NCBI GenBank assembly: GCA_001949185.1
Contig: BDGG01000012.1
Location: 488,973 to 552,972 of the forward strand
DNA from: Ramazzottius varieornatus
Taxonomy: Eukaryota; Animalia; Tardigrada
Length of the DNA: 64,000 bases
Direction of reading: 5' to 3'
Shown piece after piece: positions 51,115-63,960 of this stretch. Positions within the stretch are counted from its first letter, which is position 1; the number at the start of each line of letters is the position of its first letter. A model generated the notes under the pieces. It ran no database searches and was not told where the DNA came from. It was given only the letters and a program-made list of their open reading frames with translations. The position numbers and the translations under genes are program-made.

Positions 51115-51559
51115 CCCAGAGCAGCTGTCCCTGACTTCCGGTCTAACTGCAAGCTGCCTACAGCTTATTGCCAGAGCGCTTTTGGAGCAAACGTAGCGCC
51201 GACGTCGATAAGGAAGATGTTGAGGTCCGGACGATGTGTCCACCACGATATACTGTGTCCAGAATCCACGCTGTAAAGCAGGCCTATGATGAAGAGGATA
51301 AAAACTGGAAAGGATTCGGGAATCGGGATGTGGGGATTGAGATTTGAGAAGGTCGGACAAGCTAATTAACATTTAACACACGAAGAGAATCCACCAATCG
51401 ACCAATCAACTGTATCCTGACGGAATTCCGTCATCGAACAGGTTCAGTTGAGCGGCGGTGGCGGCGCCACGAGCTCTGGTCGATTGATTCTTTAACGACT
51501 CGATTTCGCAATCATGAAACCGTAACGTCATTACAATAAGACGTCACAGGGCCATTTGT

Positions 51560-53340
51560 TCCGGACACTGCGGAGAGGACCGGACTTCTTCTTCGCGGAG
51601 GAAAATGTCGGCATTTTGAGTTTTGAATTTGGAAGCGCATGATTTTTCTGGGGTAAGTACGATGTTCTGTGCGCAGACGACAGCGGTAACTGTCGAGGGA
51701 GAAGGATCTTACAGAGGAAACTTCCGAGGGAAGGTGAGCATGTCTGACCCGCTTTTTGTCTCTGCCGATGCCCTTTGGTACCTTAAAGTGCTTCTGAGTC
51801 GCCTTTGTCTGCCTTGCGTAAGTTGCGTTTCGCGTTTTCATCCTTCTCTTTCTTACAGACTTCTAGGACTTAACCCTCACATCTACTGGTTGAGCTTGAC
51901 GGATGAGGAGGACGAACAGCAGTATCTATGTAGTACCTTTGTTCTGCCTGGTCGACTTGACCTCAAGCGGCAAGTGGCAGCAAGATGCTCTCCCGGCAAA
52001 TCAAATGCACGTTGCCGTTGTTGATTTGCGGTAAGTTTGGCCTTCCACTTGCGATTCTTGCAAACTAGTCGGTCGGCGGTGCTGATGGGTATCGGTTAGC
52101 AATCGGAGATGCATGCGGGGATGTGGTAGCCAAGCCGCTAAGCGGTAAAGTTTCCTGGGCTAATGAGATTAGAAACGTCTGGTAAGCCTGGACTAATTGC
52201 TGGACCAGTTGCCTTTGGTGCGATAAGACAAAATGTCCGCTCTCACCAATCTAACCGATCACTAGCTGATTCGCATCTAACAGTCTGCTTGTTGCAGGGT
52301 TATCTTCGCAGCCGGTCCGAACTTCGAGGGCGTCCCGTATCATCGGAACATTATCGGAACAAGCCAGCTAGTTCTAAAGTTCTATTTCTCAGTCGTTGCA
52401 GGAAATCGGCTTCTACGCAGCTCACTTTTATTCTGCTGTCTTTCTGCTTTTCAGGTCCATCTCGCAAAACGTCCAGTAGCATAAAGGTGCAGCTCTGGGA
52501 ATCTTCCTTTCGGCACGAACAGAAAGTTCCTGACGGTATGTCCGGTCGAACTTTGCTGATAATGTTGTCGTTGTTAGGTACTAGTTGATTGAAAATCAAC
52601 TTGCTAGTGGATTATCATTTAAGGATAAAGAGGGTATAGTGTTGGGAATATTTCGTACTGTTATCGAAGTTCTGTCAGTGTGTTTCCTCACCTTTGCAGG
52701 TTGGGACAGCCTGGACAAACTCAAGAACTGTGGTCCGCGCTCTTCGAAGGGGTCGAATTAGCCGGCATATTGCGCGCTAGCTGCCCTTTCTGAAGGGGTG
52801 CGGAACCAGTTCAGAACCGACTATCCTACTCATCGGTTCTTCCGTGCCGGTACTTCGGACGTTGCTCTTATTCGCTGCGGATCTCTAGGAAGTAGTACTC
52901 TTTCACTTGAGTCACTTGACATTCTTGGCCTTGGGATGTGAAACCCCCCGCTGGTCTATTCTGACGTAATTGGTACCGCACTTTTCAGCCGCCTTGAGTG
53001 CCGGTTTCGAGGTAAGACTGTTGCGGCATACGGACGGAGAAAGCTTCATTCTGGTCGCTTCAGATCATCATCGGGCCAGGCATTGTGCAAGTGGACCATG
53101 CCCCGGCGGAAGGTGTCGTGATGAACAGTCCGATAAGATGGAATTTCCGTTTGAGCAAGTCCAGTGCGCGGGAACTGAGGGTGAAAAACCGAAGACAGTC
53201 ACCTTGATCATCCGAACTTCGAACTCCTTTGTTCGGCTGAAAATTCTTCAGTTGAAGAAATTTGTCTAGACTAAAACTGATATATGGCTCTTACATCACA
53301 CGGTCGGTATGAGTTCTGAGAATAAATCTTCGTGAAGCAC
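51560..53340 (+). other. Candidate spliced non-coding or small-ORF transcript
   Basis: Ordered plus-strand donors and acceptors (GTAAGT ~51653, TTACAG ~51858, GTAAGT 52031, TTGCAG ~52297, TTTCAG ~52454, GTATGT ~52536, TTGCAG ~52699, GTAAGA ~53012). CRE-like motifs upstream and AATAAA at 53321. No recognisable protein. Confidence 0.35.
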
Positions 53341-54554
53341 AGGGACAAGCAAGCACTCCCGTATAATGTGGGTGAACGAATGGATCAGAATGCTAACGCG
53401 TTTTTTCGTTGTAGGGATTCCAATATTTCTCCCATTAATAGAGTGCATGATGGTGAATGATGGTTAAAACGGGTCCATGTCAACCTTCCACGTGCACCAA
53501 CCCGAGCTTTGGGGGACTGGGCGTCGTTAACGGGGCAAGCTGATCGATAGGGGACAACAAGTAGGTTGTACTGACAGTAATGTTGTTTGCGCCTCGAACA
53601 GAGAGCTCGAATCTGCTGTGAGCCTGACAGACTCCCGAAACCCAATTATTAGGAATAGTGTATGGTAGACAGGGCTTAGGTAGTGCCTACAGTAGACAGA
53701 GGACCGTGGTGAAGAAGTGGGAGATCGATAATAGGCCGCCGTTTGTGTCACGAACAGCCGAATAATAGGCCGCGCTTACTCGCTTTAATCCACGGCAAAG
53801 CGAGGCAAAGTTTGCTCAACAAGGGAGCAGAGTCGTCCAGCGTGTTTTGCTGTCACGTCGTGGCATCTCACTCGCTCTTCACACAGTCCTTCGGCTTGAC
53901 GTTATTGTGATCACTCCTTGTTTAGGATCAAAGTTTGGCAAAGGGGAACGAGTCCTTTTGCTTCTGTTTCGAATCACTTAGGCATCTTGAGAAGCTGCTC
54001 ACTCGATTTTCCCCTTCCTCTCGACCGTCACAGTCGCAGATGAAGCTTTTCTGGTCTCTGATTTTTGATCTCGTGCAGTATCGATCACAAGACAACGGAG
54101 ATCATACAGAATCGAACAATTTTTCCTAATTGGCGGGGGCAGTTATCGCCCGACGTCGCCGATGATCTTTGGGTCCCCTCAACCGGATGTGATCCGGTAA
54201 CCACCTAGACTGAGCTATTAAGACCCTATTCCTATACCAATTTCGCAGAAAACTGTCCTTGAAATAACGGTAAGGACCCACCTTGAAACTTTCGTCTGAG
54301 TTTTATGTAGGTTTTCTTTGCTTAGTTTCGGAAGGTTTCAAGCAAAGCCAGGTCGGCGCTTGGGTTCTTCAGCTGGAGGTGTTGATTAAGAGATGAACTC
54401 GAGCAGCCGAGCTTCCCCCTGAGGGAAAACGGGGAGTCTATGATAATCCATGTGGAGGAAAGGTTATTTGATTAAGGACATGGTTATTTGACGTCTGGCT
54501 GTTGCAGGGGTGGCCGATAAAGAGCAGTCAAGTGATGCTGTGCAACCGGAGGGC

Positions 54555-55735
54555 ATGAGCGTGGATACAGCCCAACCCGAGTCCGCCACTTCAGCTGATG
54601 ATGCTCACGAAGCCTTCCTTGCCAACTCCAAACGTGCCGGAAGAAGGAATGCCATACCGGTAGGCAGATCATGGCCATAAAATACGCCCCTACTACCCGG
54701 GAAGCGGCATGAGCTTCTTGTTTATGAGACGGTGTTATGCAGCATCTTCTGTAAGCCGTAATCAAGTTCACCGGCTACTCGTTGTAATTCCCATTTGCGG
54801 AATATAAATCGCCTGTTGCTGCATCCGAGTAACTTATATTAATATAGTTCATTAGACAGTTAAGTGGGACGATGACGTTCAACTCATTAAAAATTCAAAA
54901 GTAGTTCACTGAGGCGCTCCTCCGTGAATGATCATAAAGGCATATCACACCTGCGAGATTTCCTCGTGTCGCATGTCCTTGTGAACGAAAACGTCGACAC
55001 TATTTTTCGTTGTTTAACATTTGCTGATTGACATGATAGAACGTTTTCTCTCGTAGGACCCGGAAATCGATTCGGCCACCATTGCACAGATCTCAGAAGA
55101 TGTTCTTCCGGAACTTGCCAAGCAGCTTTCCCTTTCAGGTACGGCATCTTTCAAGCCTTTCTGTGTTCCTTTATGGAGTACTTCGTGGGACTCAGCTGAA
55201 GGAACGGGTAGTTCCTCGTCGGAATTTTCGATGAACTCAAGTGTATTCGATGTCAGATTTCACCTAATTTCAAACAAGTTCGACCTCACGAGTTACTGAG
55301 TCGTGGAGAACGAGGAAGGACGCAGCTCAGTTTCGTGAAGGATAGTGTCATGGTGTCAGCTGTCTCCGGGATATTAAGAGCTCTGTGGGGCCACTACGAT
55401 TTATCGCTTCCGCCGGCTCGGAAGCCAAGAAAGGGGAAGAGGCCGGGCCGGCTGATCATGTTAGTTATTAAGGCACTCCTGTGACACATGCGCGTTCTCC
55501 GGCCGTATTTTACGTCTCCCAGAAGGAAGTGTACACGCCAGTCACGCAGCCATTTGCCATCACGTCCCTCATCAGGCAGCCAGTCGTGACAGCTCGAAGA
55601 CCCAATCTCTCTTGTCAAAACCAACAAAAACGGCATTTATTGTATCGCCTTTCTCTTCTCATAGATAAGCAAATGGACCAGGACACTACCAAAGAACCAC
55701 AACCATCTACATCGAAAGAAGGGGCGAACGGATGA
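54555..55735 (+). CDS. cAMP-dependent protein kinase inhibitor (PKI family), 85 aa; exons 54555-54659, 55057-55138, 55665-55735
   Basis: Pseudosubstrate FLANSKRAGRRNAIP|D and Leu-rich NES-like LPELAKQLSL. Exon phases are consistent. Confidence 0.88.
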
Positions 55736-56836
55736 GCTGATAGCGCCCTTTTGGCACCGCACTTCCGGTCATTGAAAGACTCGGTGATGCATGAACCAAG
55801 AAGCAAGTTAGCATCCAGCTGGGAACTGGGAAGTGTGTTACTGTGTGTAGAGTAATATCTTTCCTTGTGCAAACGTAAGTTAAGATAGCATTCCATCTTC
55901 TTCTTCCATTTCTTATTTATAAGACCATTACTCAGTATGGACAAGATAAATGAGCAGCATCACACTTGGCCGGGATTGCCAGAGAACCGTTTGAGTTACG
56001 CTCCAGTCTCCACATGGTTTCTCTATAAAGCCTGTTCAAAAGATCGCTGGTCATCAAAACTTTGAGGACCGTCCACAGAGTCAAGATCCCAGCGCGCGCT
56101 TTGAAGGCGTATTCAAACCTTGATTTCTTTCGATGGGGGAGAAGAGATCATCAATGCTGAAAAGGATCGTTCCCTACAGCTTGCAATTCCGGAAAGGATT
56201 CCGACAATTTTCGTAGGTCCAAATGCTTGGGACGTCATTGCGCTACTGTATGGCATGACATACAAGTGAACCACAGAATAAGCTTTCAAAAATGGGTGTC
56301 AGTGGAACCAGCTGGACACAGCGGATTAAACTTGCTCATTGGCTTAACGCTGATTTTGATTCCTCGTCCATGTTTGAGACGCTCCGCCCATTTTTGAAAG
56401 CTTATTTTATCGTGCACTGTACAGATAACATGGTGTCATGGTTCTGGTGAATCAACGATGATGTGATACGGTAACTCACATAATCATACTAGGACGAGAC
56501 TACCGAGATCAAGCATGGAATGACTTGCCAAACAAGGCCGTAGAAGGCAGGATTTGAGTTGTTTGGCGGGCTGATACGACTCACTCTCCCGGTAGTCTTG
56601 TCGTAGTATGGTGAGTCACATATCGGCCTAGGTCGTTACGTCATTACTATCGTAGACGTCGCAGTTGTGCAATCACATCTTCCGTTCGTGTAACTTTGTG
56701 ATATACCCTAATACCTCAGAAAAATCAGAACAGATGACACGATGACATCTTTAGCTTCTTTACGGAAGATTTGACAAGCGAAGGAATCTGGTTTATCGTG
56801 ATACCTCTCCCCTGTGATGCAGAGTGTAGCTCAAAG

Positions 56837-58171
56837 ATGGCGAATACGGCTCAAGTTCACGTGGAATTCGGTAAGTGCCTCGCTTAGTTACTTTGGTGTT
56901 TGCGTAGTTACTTACTTTATGGGGATAATCCAGATTTATCGAGATGAACTACGTCTTGTTGGTTCCGCAGGAGATGCGGACTCCTTGGACATTGCCAGTC
57001 GACTTAAAGTAGCAAATGACGATGAGGACGTGAAGGATAACTGGGATGACGAGAGCGAGGACGAAGACGAGAAGGCCAAAGTAGCTGAAGCTGCGCCTGC
57101 AGATAAGACTACTCAACCTGCAAAAGGTAACTTCGAATAGTTCCCGAAACTGTACTGTACGTAGGTTTTCCTGTGGATGGTTGTCGCGGCCCTGAACAAG
57201 CCTAGCCTGGCGTGTCGTCCTGGTCGCAGACGGAAATATCCGCCTCGTCTTCCGTGCTATATGTATTCGCGTTTATGGAATGAACTCTTTATCGTTTTAG
57301 CCAAGAAGAAGTCAGCTAAGGAGATGGCGGCTGAGAAGGAAGCGCAGAAAAAGCAGGAACAAGAGGCATTAAGACGGCAAGCGGAAGCTGCAGCGAATAT
57401 GACACCGGAAGAAGCAGCCGCGGAAAAGAGGAGGATACAGAAAGAACAGGAGGATGCTGATTTCGCTCTGGGTGCTGATACTTTCCGTGAGATATCACTT
57501 ATCAGTTTTCAAATTCGAAGCAATATGTTTAGCTGTATTTTAACGCCATCGCTTGTCCTTCTTTAGTGGACCCGGAAGACGTGACAGCCGGGGCTGGCAA
57601 AGGCGTAATAGACTCGTTTGAGCCGTATTCTCTGGAAACATTCAACAAGTTCCGAACTCTTCTCACCGAAAAGATCGCAAAGTATCACGTGAGTCACATT
57701 ACCAAGCTTGCCTTCGTCTCGCGTTTAGTAAACCGCTGTAATTACCTGTAATTACCTGTATTTACTTTCAGAAATCGGAATTTTACGGGACTTTCCTTAA
57801 CTCATTCTTTCAGGATTTATCTCTCTATCGTAAGTCAGTGTAAGTTCGGAAGAGGATCGTTTCTTCAGCGAGTTATCTGTGGCTCTTGCAGTTCCGGCCG
57901 AAGACGTAAGGAGGATTGGAGCTACGCTAACCACGTTGGCCGCAGAGAAAGCCAAAATAGAGAAGGAAAAGGTTCGTTGAGTAAACAGACCGAGCCTTTC
58001 GAATTCCTCGTATGCCCCGATGAATGCCAATTATAGTTCTCGTGGTATATGCTTCAGGCCGGTAAAGGAAAGTCGAAAACAGTGAAGAAGCCGGGTATCG
58101 GGGCCAAGAAGCTGGACGACTCGAAAGCCAACATGGAGGCAGATTACGATCCAATGGACGACATGTTTTAG
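56837..58171 (+). CDS. EIF3J: Translation initiation factor eIF3 subunit J, multi-exon
   Basis: DEDVKDNWDDE, MTPEEAAAEKRRIQKEQEDADF...DTF, acidic terminus DYDPMDDMF. Confidence 0.92.
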
Positions 58172-58620
58172 CGTGATGGCTGAGAAGGAATTCTATCGGT
58201 ATGGACTGCGGCTGGTCAGCAGGGCCTCAAAAGATGTTTACGGTGGCCTTCTTCGTTCACGACAAGCTGGCGTAGGACTTTCAAGCATATTTCTTCTAAT
58301 ATATTTGAATGGCGGTTTTCTTCCTGCCTTGTGACTTACCCGACAGAGAGCAGATTCGCGAGCGTAGCTTGACGGGAATGGTGAGAGTTTCTACCGAATG
58401 TCTTTTTTATTTTCGGTGTATTTCTCTACTAGCATACTGCCTTTATTAAATATCCATATAGTGCGTTCAAGTAATTGCTTCATCTTTGGGAACATCAAGT
58501 TAATATCACTACAGACACGCCTGCATGCTGTCAGCATCCGCCGAAGGATCCCAGAATCAACTGGACAGTCTGTCGATGTAATATGTATCACGCTTAATAA
58601 TTAGGTGTGACATGTCAAGC

Positions 58621-58650
58621 TAGACGTAGTTGACGTAGACGTAGTTGACG
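58621..58650. repeat. Perfect 15 bp x 2 repeat rich in GACG (CRE half-site-like), upstream of TRAPPC4
   Basis: TAGACGTAGTTGACG twice. Confidence 0.8.
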
Positions 58651-58793
58651 TCGCACGCTGACACAAGCGAGCTATAGACTGGTTCTTCTTCCATCCAAAA
58701 GAATCCAGAGCTCCAAAAGACTGTAGCAGCTTCCGACTCCCGAGTTCCATCCTGTCACTGGGACACCGACCCGTGGTTCGTTGAAGCTGCAAG

Positions 58794-59462
58794 ATGGTGT
58801 TCTATTCCCTGTACATCATCAACAAGGCAGGGAGCCTAATCTACCACTACGACCACAACCTGCAACGGAACGAGGTGGAAAAGACGTACAGCTATCCCCT
58901 GGAGTTTGTCCTGGACATCGTTGATGATCGTGTTGTTGTGCGGTTCGGTGAGATCGACGGAATTCGTGTAGGCTATGCCGTCTTGGCCGTCAACGGGATC
59001 GCTGTGACCGGTCGGACATTCGCCAAGGAGGGCGAGAAGACGGACATCGACGTGATGGACTTTCTCGGCAAGAGCCAAAACTACCCTGTTCAACTCAAGT
59101 TCGGTCGACCTCCCCTACGCACGAACGAACGCATCATGTTAGCCAGTACATTCCACTCCCTGTATGCCATCAGTGCACAGATATCTCCCGAGCATGGCTC
59201 GTCAGGAATAAAAACGCTGGACACGGATGTGTTTCGGCTGCATTGCTTCCAGACCATCACAGGGACGAAATTCATCGTCCTGACTGATCTCAGACAAGAT
59301 GGCATGGATGCTTTGCTGAGGAAACTGTACCAGATTTATGCTGATTACGCTCTGAAGAACCCTTTTTACTTGTTAGAAATGCCTGTAAGGCTAGATCTCT
59401 TCGACCAGAATGTCCAGGCTGCAATTGAGCAAGTGGACAAAACGGGCGTCAGTGTTATTTAG
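58794..59462 (+). CDS. TRAPPC4: TRAPP complex subunit 4 (synbindin/Trs23), intronless CDS
   Basis: YIINKAGSLIY, NERIMLASTFHSLYAI, FQTITGTKF, YADYALKNPFY.LEMPVR. Confidence 0.97.
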   Translation: MVFYSLYIINKAGSLIYHYDHNLQRNEVEKTYSYPLEFVLDIVDDRVVVRFGEIDGIRVGYAVLAVNGIAVTGRTFAKEGEKTDIDVMDFLGKSQNYPVQLKFGRPPLRTNERIMLASTFHSLYAISAQISPEHGSSGIKTLDTDVFRLHCFQTITGTKFIVLTDLRQDGMDALLRKLYQIYADYALKNPFYLLEMPVRLDLFDQNVQAAIEQVDKTGVSVI

Positions 59463-59785
59463 TTCGCTTGCTCATTCTCATTTTATCGCTTTACTCCATC
59501 GTAAAATACAGAAGAGAAGTTATTGCAACCGAAGAAATCTCGAATAAAACTCGTGAGTCACACTCATGATTATGAACTGGACCATGATTACACGGTGGAC
59601 AACTTGTAAAAGAGTTTCCGTGAGGAGCTAGAGGAAGGAAGCGAAATCAGGCCACAACGTACAACCAGATGCGGGTAAATTAAAATCAGGAACAAAACAC
59701 AGTCAGTGAAGTTCCGAAGATTTAATAGTTTCACTATGCAGCATTCCCAGCAAAATGAGATGAGAATGATGAGAGAGTGGCTTTT

Positions 59786-60831
59786 CTATCCGACGGCCAT
59801 GGAAGGTTTGCTGATTTTGCTTTCCAGCTTGGCTCCACTGCCCGCGTACCCACTTCCGCCTCGCTGCAGCGGAATGATGTCCTTCTCCGTCATCTTCTTC
59901 CCGTTCGTCGGGTCCACCATGTCTTTCCTGATCAAGTTGTCCACACATTCCATGGTCACGATATTTCCGCTTGTCCTCAAGGCAGCACAAGGAGTGAAGT
60001 TGGTCAGCACGTCCCTGGTCACCGCGCACATCCAGCGTTCAGACTTGGAAGCCAGTGGAGCTTTGTCGTCGCTGATCATCGGCGTGAACTCGACAGGCAC
60101 GAAATCGGACGCCTTGATGGGTTTCCCACTGACTGGACATCGTACCACAGCGTCGGGTTTCTCTTTGGCAGTCCCGAGTGCATCGGAGTTCCGCGCAGCC
60201 ATTCCCCAAAAGTTGTTTGGCTTAGGCTGCGTCGACTTTGCTTCGGTATCTAAAAACCAAAGATGTGATATTACGCCCTAGCCTCTATCCTTCGCGGAAC
60301 TCCTTCCCAAATGAATTAAGCATAATCGTTACCTCCAGTGGCGCACGTTTTCATTCCAACTGGCTGAAAGCGTGCGCCTCTGGGGAAAAAGCTCATGTTT
60401 AAGGCATTTGCCGATATCCTGTAACATGACATATACTGTGCATCTTTCTTCTTACCGACTGTTGTAACTTTCGTGGAAGTCTTCTGGAATCTCTCTACTT
60501 GTGCCTGACGCTCGGCATCCTTCAACTCCTTCTCTTCGTTTTCAGTCTTCGTTCTCCACTTCTCGTAGGCTTTCAACTGCCTGGCAATGTCTAGCTTCTT
60601 ACGAACGATGTACTCCAGGATGGCTTCTTTGTCGAAGAGGTATCCATCCGGAGTGACGACGGGATTTCTGCAGGGTTGAAGCGTGAGGGAACAGCAGTCG
60701 AAATCTTTAAGTGAGTCCTTGCCAAGCCTGTTGGAGATCAGTCCCCATCCAGAGTATTTGTTGTCCTTCTGTACTTCGGAATGACTGTAGACTGGATTCG
60801 CGGTGGCATTCTTCCCGTGCCTCTTCCCCAT
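59786..60831 (-). CDS. NOSIP: Nitric oxide synthase-interacting protein, 2 exons
   Basis: RHGKNATA, RLGKDSLKDFDCCSLTLQPCRNPVVTPDGYLFDKEAILEYI, CAVTRDVL, IIPLQRGGSGY. Confidence 0.96.
60295..60420. mobile_element. Family A element, monomer, NOSIP intron
   Basis: 47-bp core CAGTGGCGCACGTTTTCA...TGAAAGCGTGCGCCTCTG from 60336. Confidence 0.82.
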
Positions 60832-61197
60832 CCTTAGGATTACTACTCGCTACCTAGATCTACAAAGGAAACCCAGTTCAAGTTCACACGTACCTGAGGA
60901 CTGAGAAGTGAGAGGTCGGAGCTAAAAGGAAAAGGTAGCAATCCGCTTGTGACATGAAGGATATGACATAACATTACCATACTACTGTATGACATTCTAA
61001 ACACTCTTGGCCAGTTCAATTCCGGACAACTTCCGGCAGAGGTGCTTAGTACTGGCTCACTCTCCTTCACTGTAGTTTGAACTTTGAAGCAACCGGATCG
61101 AGTAATAGTTAACACTTGCAAAAACTACGACAAAATAAGTTAAAATATATCACAGGTGAATCGATAAAAAGCATCGTTGTGAACGTGCATGGTTAGA

Positions 61198-63960
61198 TTA
61201 TTGTTTCTGTGTAAGAACAACAATTTGGGACTTGTACAGAGCCTTCATATCCTCGAAATCCAGGCGAAGCTCTTGAATTTCTTCCACCTTCTCACCGTAC
61301 ATCTGCAGCATCGCGTTATACCGACGACCGATATCCTGTGAAATCCAGCAAGTACGACTGTACGAGATATTTTAAGTTGCATAGTGCGAGAACTTTTGAC
61401 GGACGTACACGTGCCAGGCCTAAATGTGGGGATGGAGAAGGTGGGGAACGGAGCGAAAGCGACACGGGCCAGCTGTGGTTGACCAATCAACTAATCAATT
61501 GAAGCACAGTCGCTTTCGCTCCGTTCTCCACATTTTTTGTCCATCCCCACATTTAGGCCAGGCGCGTGTACCTCTTTAGCTGCCGTCATTTCCTCGAGCT
61601 GTTGCTTGACAGAATCCAACTCGATCGTCTTCTCCGTGAGCTTCAACATTTCGTCTGTATGCCTTTGCCGAGAGAGCTCGAGCTGCCTTAGTTCCTGGCG
61701 CAGGTACTGAACTTCACTTTCCTTTTGTTTGAGACTACTCTGGACTGTGTCCAAGGAGGACATATTGACATTCCGTAGAACGTCGTACAGAGAGCTGCCT
61801 TGCTGACTGTTGGGTGACCACCGACCATCCAAGGTGCTACCGGTACTGTTTGCTGAATCCGATCTTCGCAAAGCTGTAAACAGAGAAATAACTTCATGCA
61901 TGTTGAAAACTGCAGTTCTATGACTTCTATCATAAGCGAACGCCCATTTGCATTAACCTGCAAACCCGAGTACACGTGTACCACAATGGATTTGTAACCT
62001 GGTGTATGCAGGTTCACGACAGACCATCACACTTGAACTACACGACCGCTCGCTTGTCTACCCGCGAGTACTTATCATGAAAGCAGGTACAGACTGTGTT
62101 GAAATGCAGAGTGAAGGATCTTACGTGATTGATTCACGGATTGGCCTGTAGATGAGGGACTGGCATGGACTTGTTTCTGCAGTTCCGCCAGTTGTTCTGC
62201 CAGGGTCGCCACTTTCCTCGCTTCCATCCCGGCCTTCTCTTTCTCCAAGTTTAGCTGATGTTCGAGAAGCTGCTTTTCCCTTCGCAAGTCAGAAACTTCA
62301 GCCACAGAGAGTTGCCTGACTTTGTCTAGTTCCCTCTGTTGGGACGACAGCTTATCGCTAAGGTCGCGGACTTTGTGTCTTTCTGCGTCAACTTCCGATG
62401 ACAACGACGATCGTTCTTCTCGAAGCGCGGAGATTCGTCCTTCCAATGCCGACATTTTGCCGGTGATGACCAACAGTTTCTCAGTGGCTGCTCGTTCTTT
62501 TTCCTGCGCCAACGTCAACTGTGTCACCGCTTCCTGCAGAACAAATAAGAAAAATCGAGCATACTCTGAAAGTTCAATATAGATTTTCATGGAATTTTAC
62601 CTGATGCCGCTTTGTTAAGGACAGTTCAAGTTGTTCGAAAGTACTGCTTTGTTCCGCCAGCTGCCGCTGAAGTGCCTCATTCTGTCTGAGAAGTGGCCTC
62701 GTTGACTGTGACAAGCTCTGACTGAGTTCCTCGTTTCGCTTATTAGCTTCGTTAACTCTTTGTTGATAGTCTGCCAGTTCATCCCGGAACGAGTCCTCCT
62801 TCCTCTTCAGCGTGCACTCCGCTCTGTTCAGGTTCGCCTGCAGTATTTCCAACCGTTCCATGAGTTCCGCTTGATCCTGTACAAGCTGCTGTTTCTGTTG
62901 TTCGAGTGCGAGCCGCAGTTCCTCTTTGGCTGCCAGTTCGGTAGTGAGTAGTGTCTCGTGAACGTGGCCTTCATGAGCGGCTTTCTGGCGGTGGAGGTCG
63001 GCAAGTTCTTTGTAGGCATTGTCCAGAGCGGCTTGCATACTGCTGATCTTTGCTTTGGCTTCTTCGTGGAGGTTCCGGCTGGCTAGGAGGTCCTTCTCCA
63101 ATCGATCAACGTTAGCGCTGAGTTGCTTGATCACAATAGTGTTCTTTTGATCAAGGTCTTCGGCAAAAGCTAACGTGTTCTTTAGGGTGGCGACCTCGTT
63201 CGTCTTGCCTTCCAGTTCACCTCTGGAAGTCAGAATGAACCATGCAAAGAAAGTTCCAGAAACTTCCCGGTTTACAGCACATTCCGTAAAGTCAAGTGTC
63301 GCTGGGAGCAGGACAAAGAAACACGACAAAATTGTCTTTCTTCAGTGGCGCGCGTTCTCAGCCAATGAGATTTGCGGTAAGTCCGAGCTCCCAGTTACAA
63401 CAGAGATTGACTTACTTGAGTTTTTCCACTTCGGCTTCGAGTTCTTTCTGCTTCTGTTTGATTTTCTTGATATGGCTGGAACTTTGGAACTGCTGTTTCG
63501 ACAGTTTCTCTCCTTCTTCCATAAGTTCTTTAACTAACAGCTCTTTTTCTTGGAGTTGCCTTTGCAGATCTTTGGAAAGCGACGCGGAACTATCGCTTTT
63601 CATTCGCGATCTACATTACATGCCAAATATAATACAACACGATGCCAGTATGACCACTGCAGAATATGTTCCACTTGAAAAAAACTTACGCATTTGCATT
63701 GGCCAATTCGATCTTCGTTAGCTGAAGCTGCTCCATCAGCGACTCCTTCTCTTCAGAGGCGATGTGAAGTTTCCCTTCGAGCATCGTAATCTCGTCTCCA
63801 CGATCATTCGCGAAAGTTTCCAGCTGCGAGTGTGCCGCGGTCAGGTCCGCCACTTGACTGAAAAAAATAAGAGGCACCCTTTTGGTATCCAGAGCATCAG
63901 TCACAGCTTCACTGCAAACACCTGCATACATGATTAGCCATGAGGAACCTCTGATGCAGG
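61198..63960 (-). CDS. TMF1: TATA element modulatory factor/golgin TMF1, 3' part (5' end outside the window)
   Basis: ELMEEGEKLSKQQ, STRPLLRQ, RYNAMLQMYGEKVEEIQELRLDFEDMKALYKSQI. Confidence 0.93.
61416..61570. mobile_element. Fold-back MITE (151 bp, TA duplication) inserted in a TMF1 splice donor
   Basis: TA-CACGTGCCAGGCCTAAATGTGGGGATGGA...TCCATCCCCACATTTAGGCCAGGCGCGTG-TA, with ~55-bp arms. Confidence 0.85.
63304..63391. mobile_element. Family A element, internally deleted, TMF1 intron
   Basis: GGGAGCAGGACAAAGAAACACGACAAAATTG...CAGTGGCGCGCGTTCTCAGC...CCGAGCTCCC. Confidence 0.7.

Noticed and set aside
52031-52297. RNase P/MRP RNA candidate
   Set aside because: A closing stem is present, but the conserved CR-I/CR-V pseudoknot sequences were not found.
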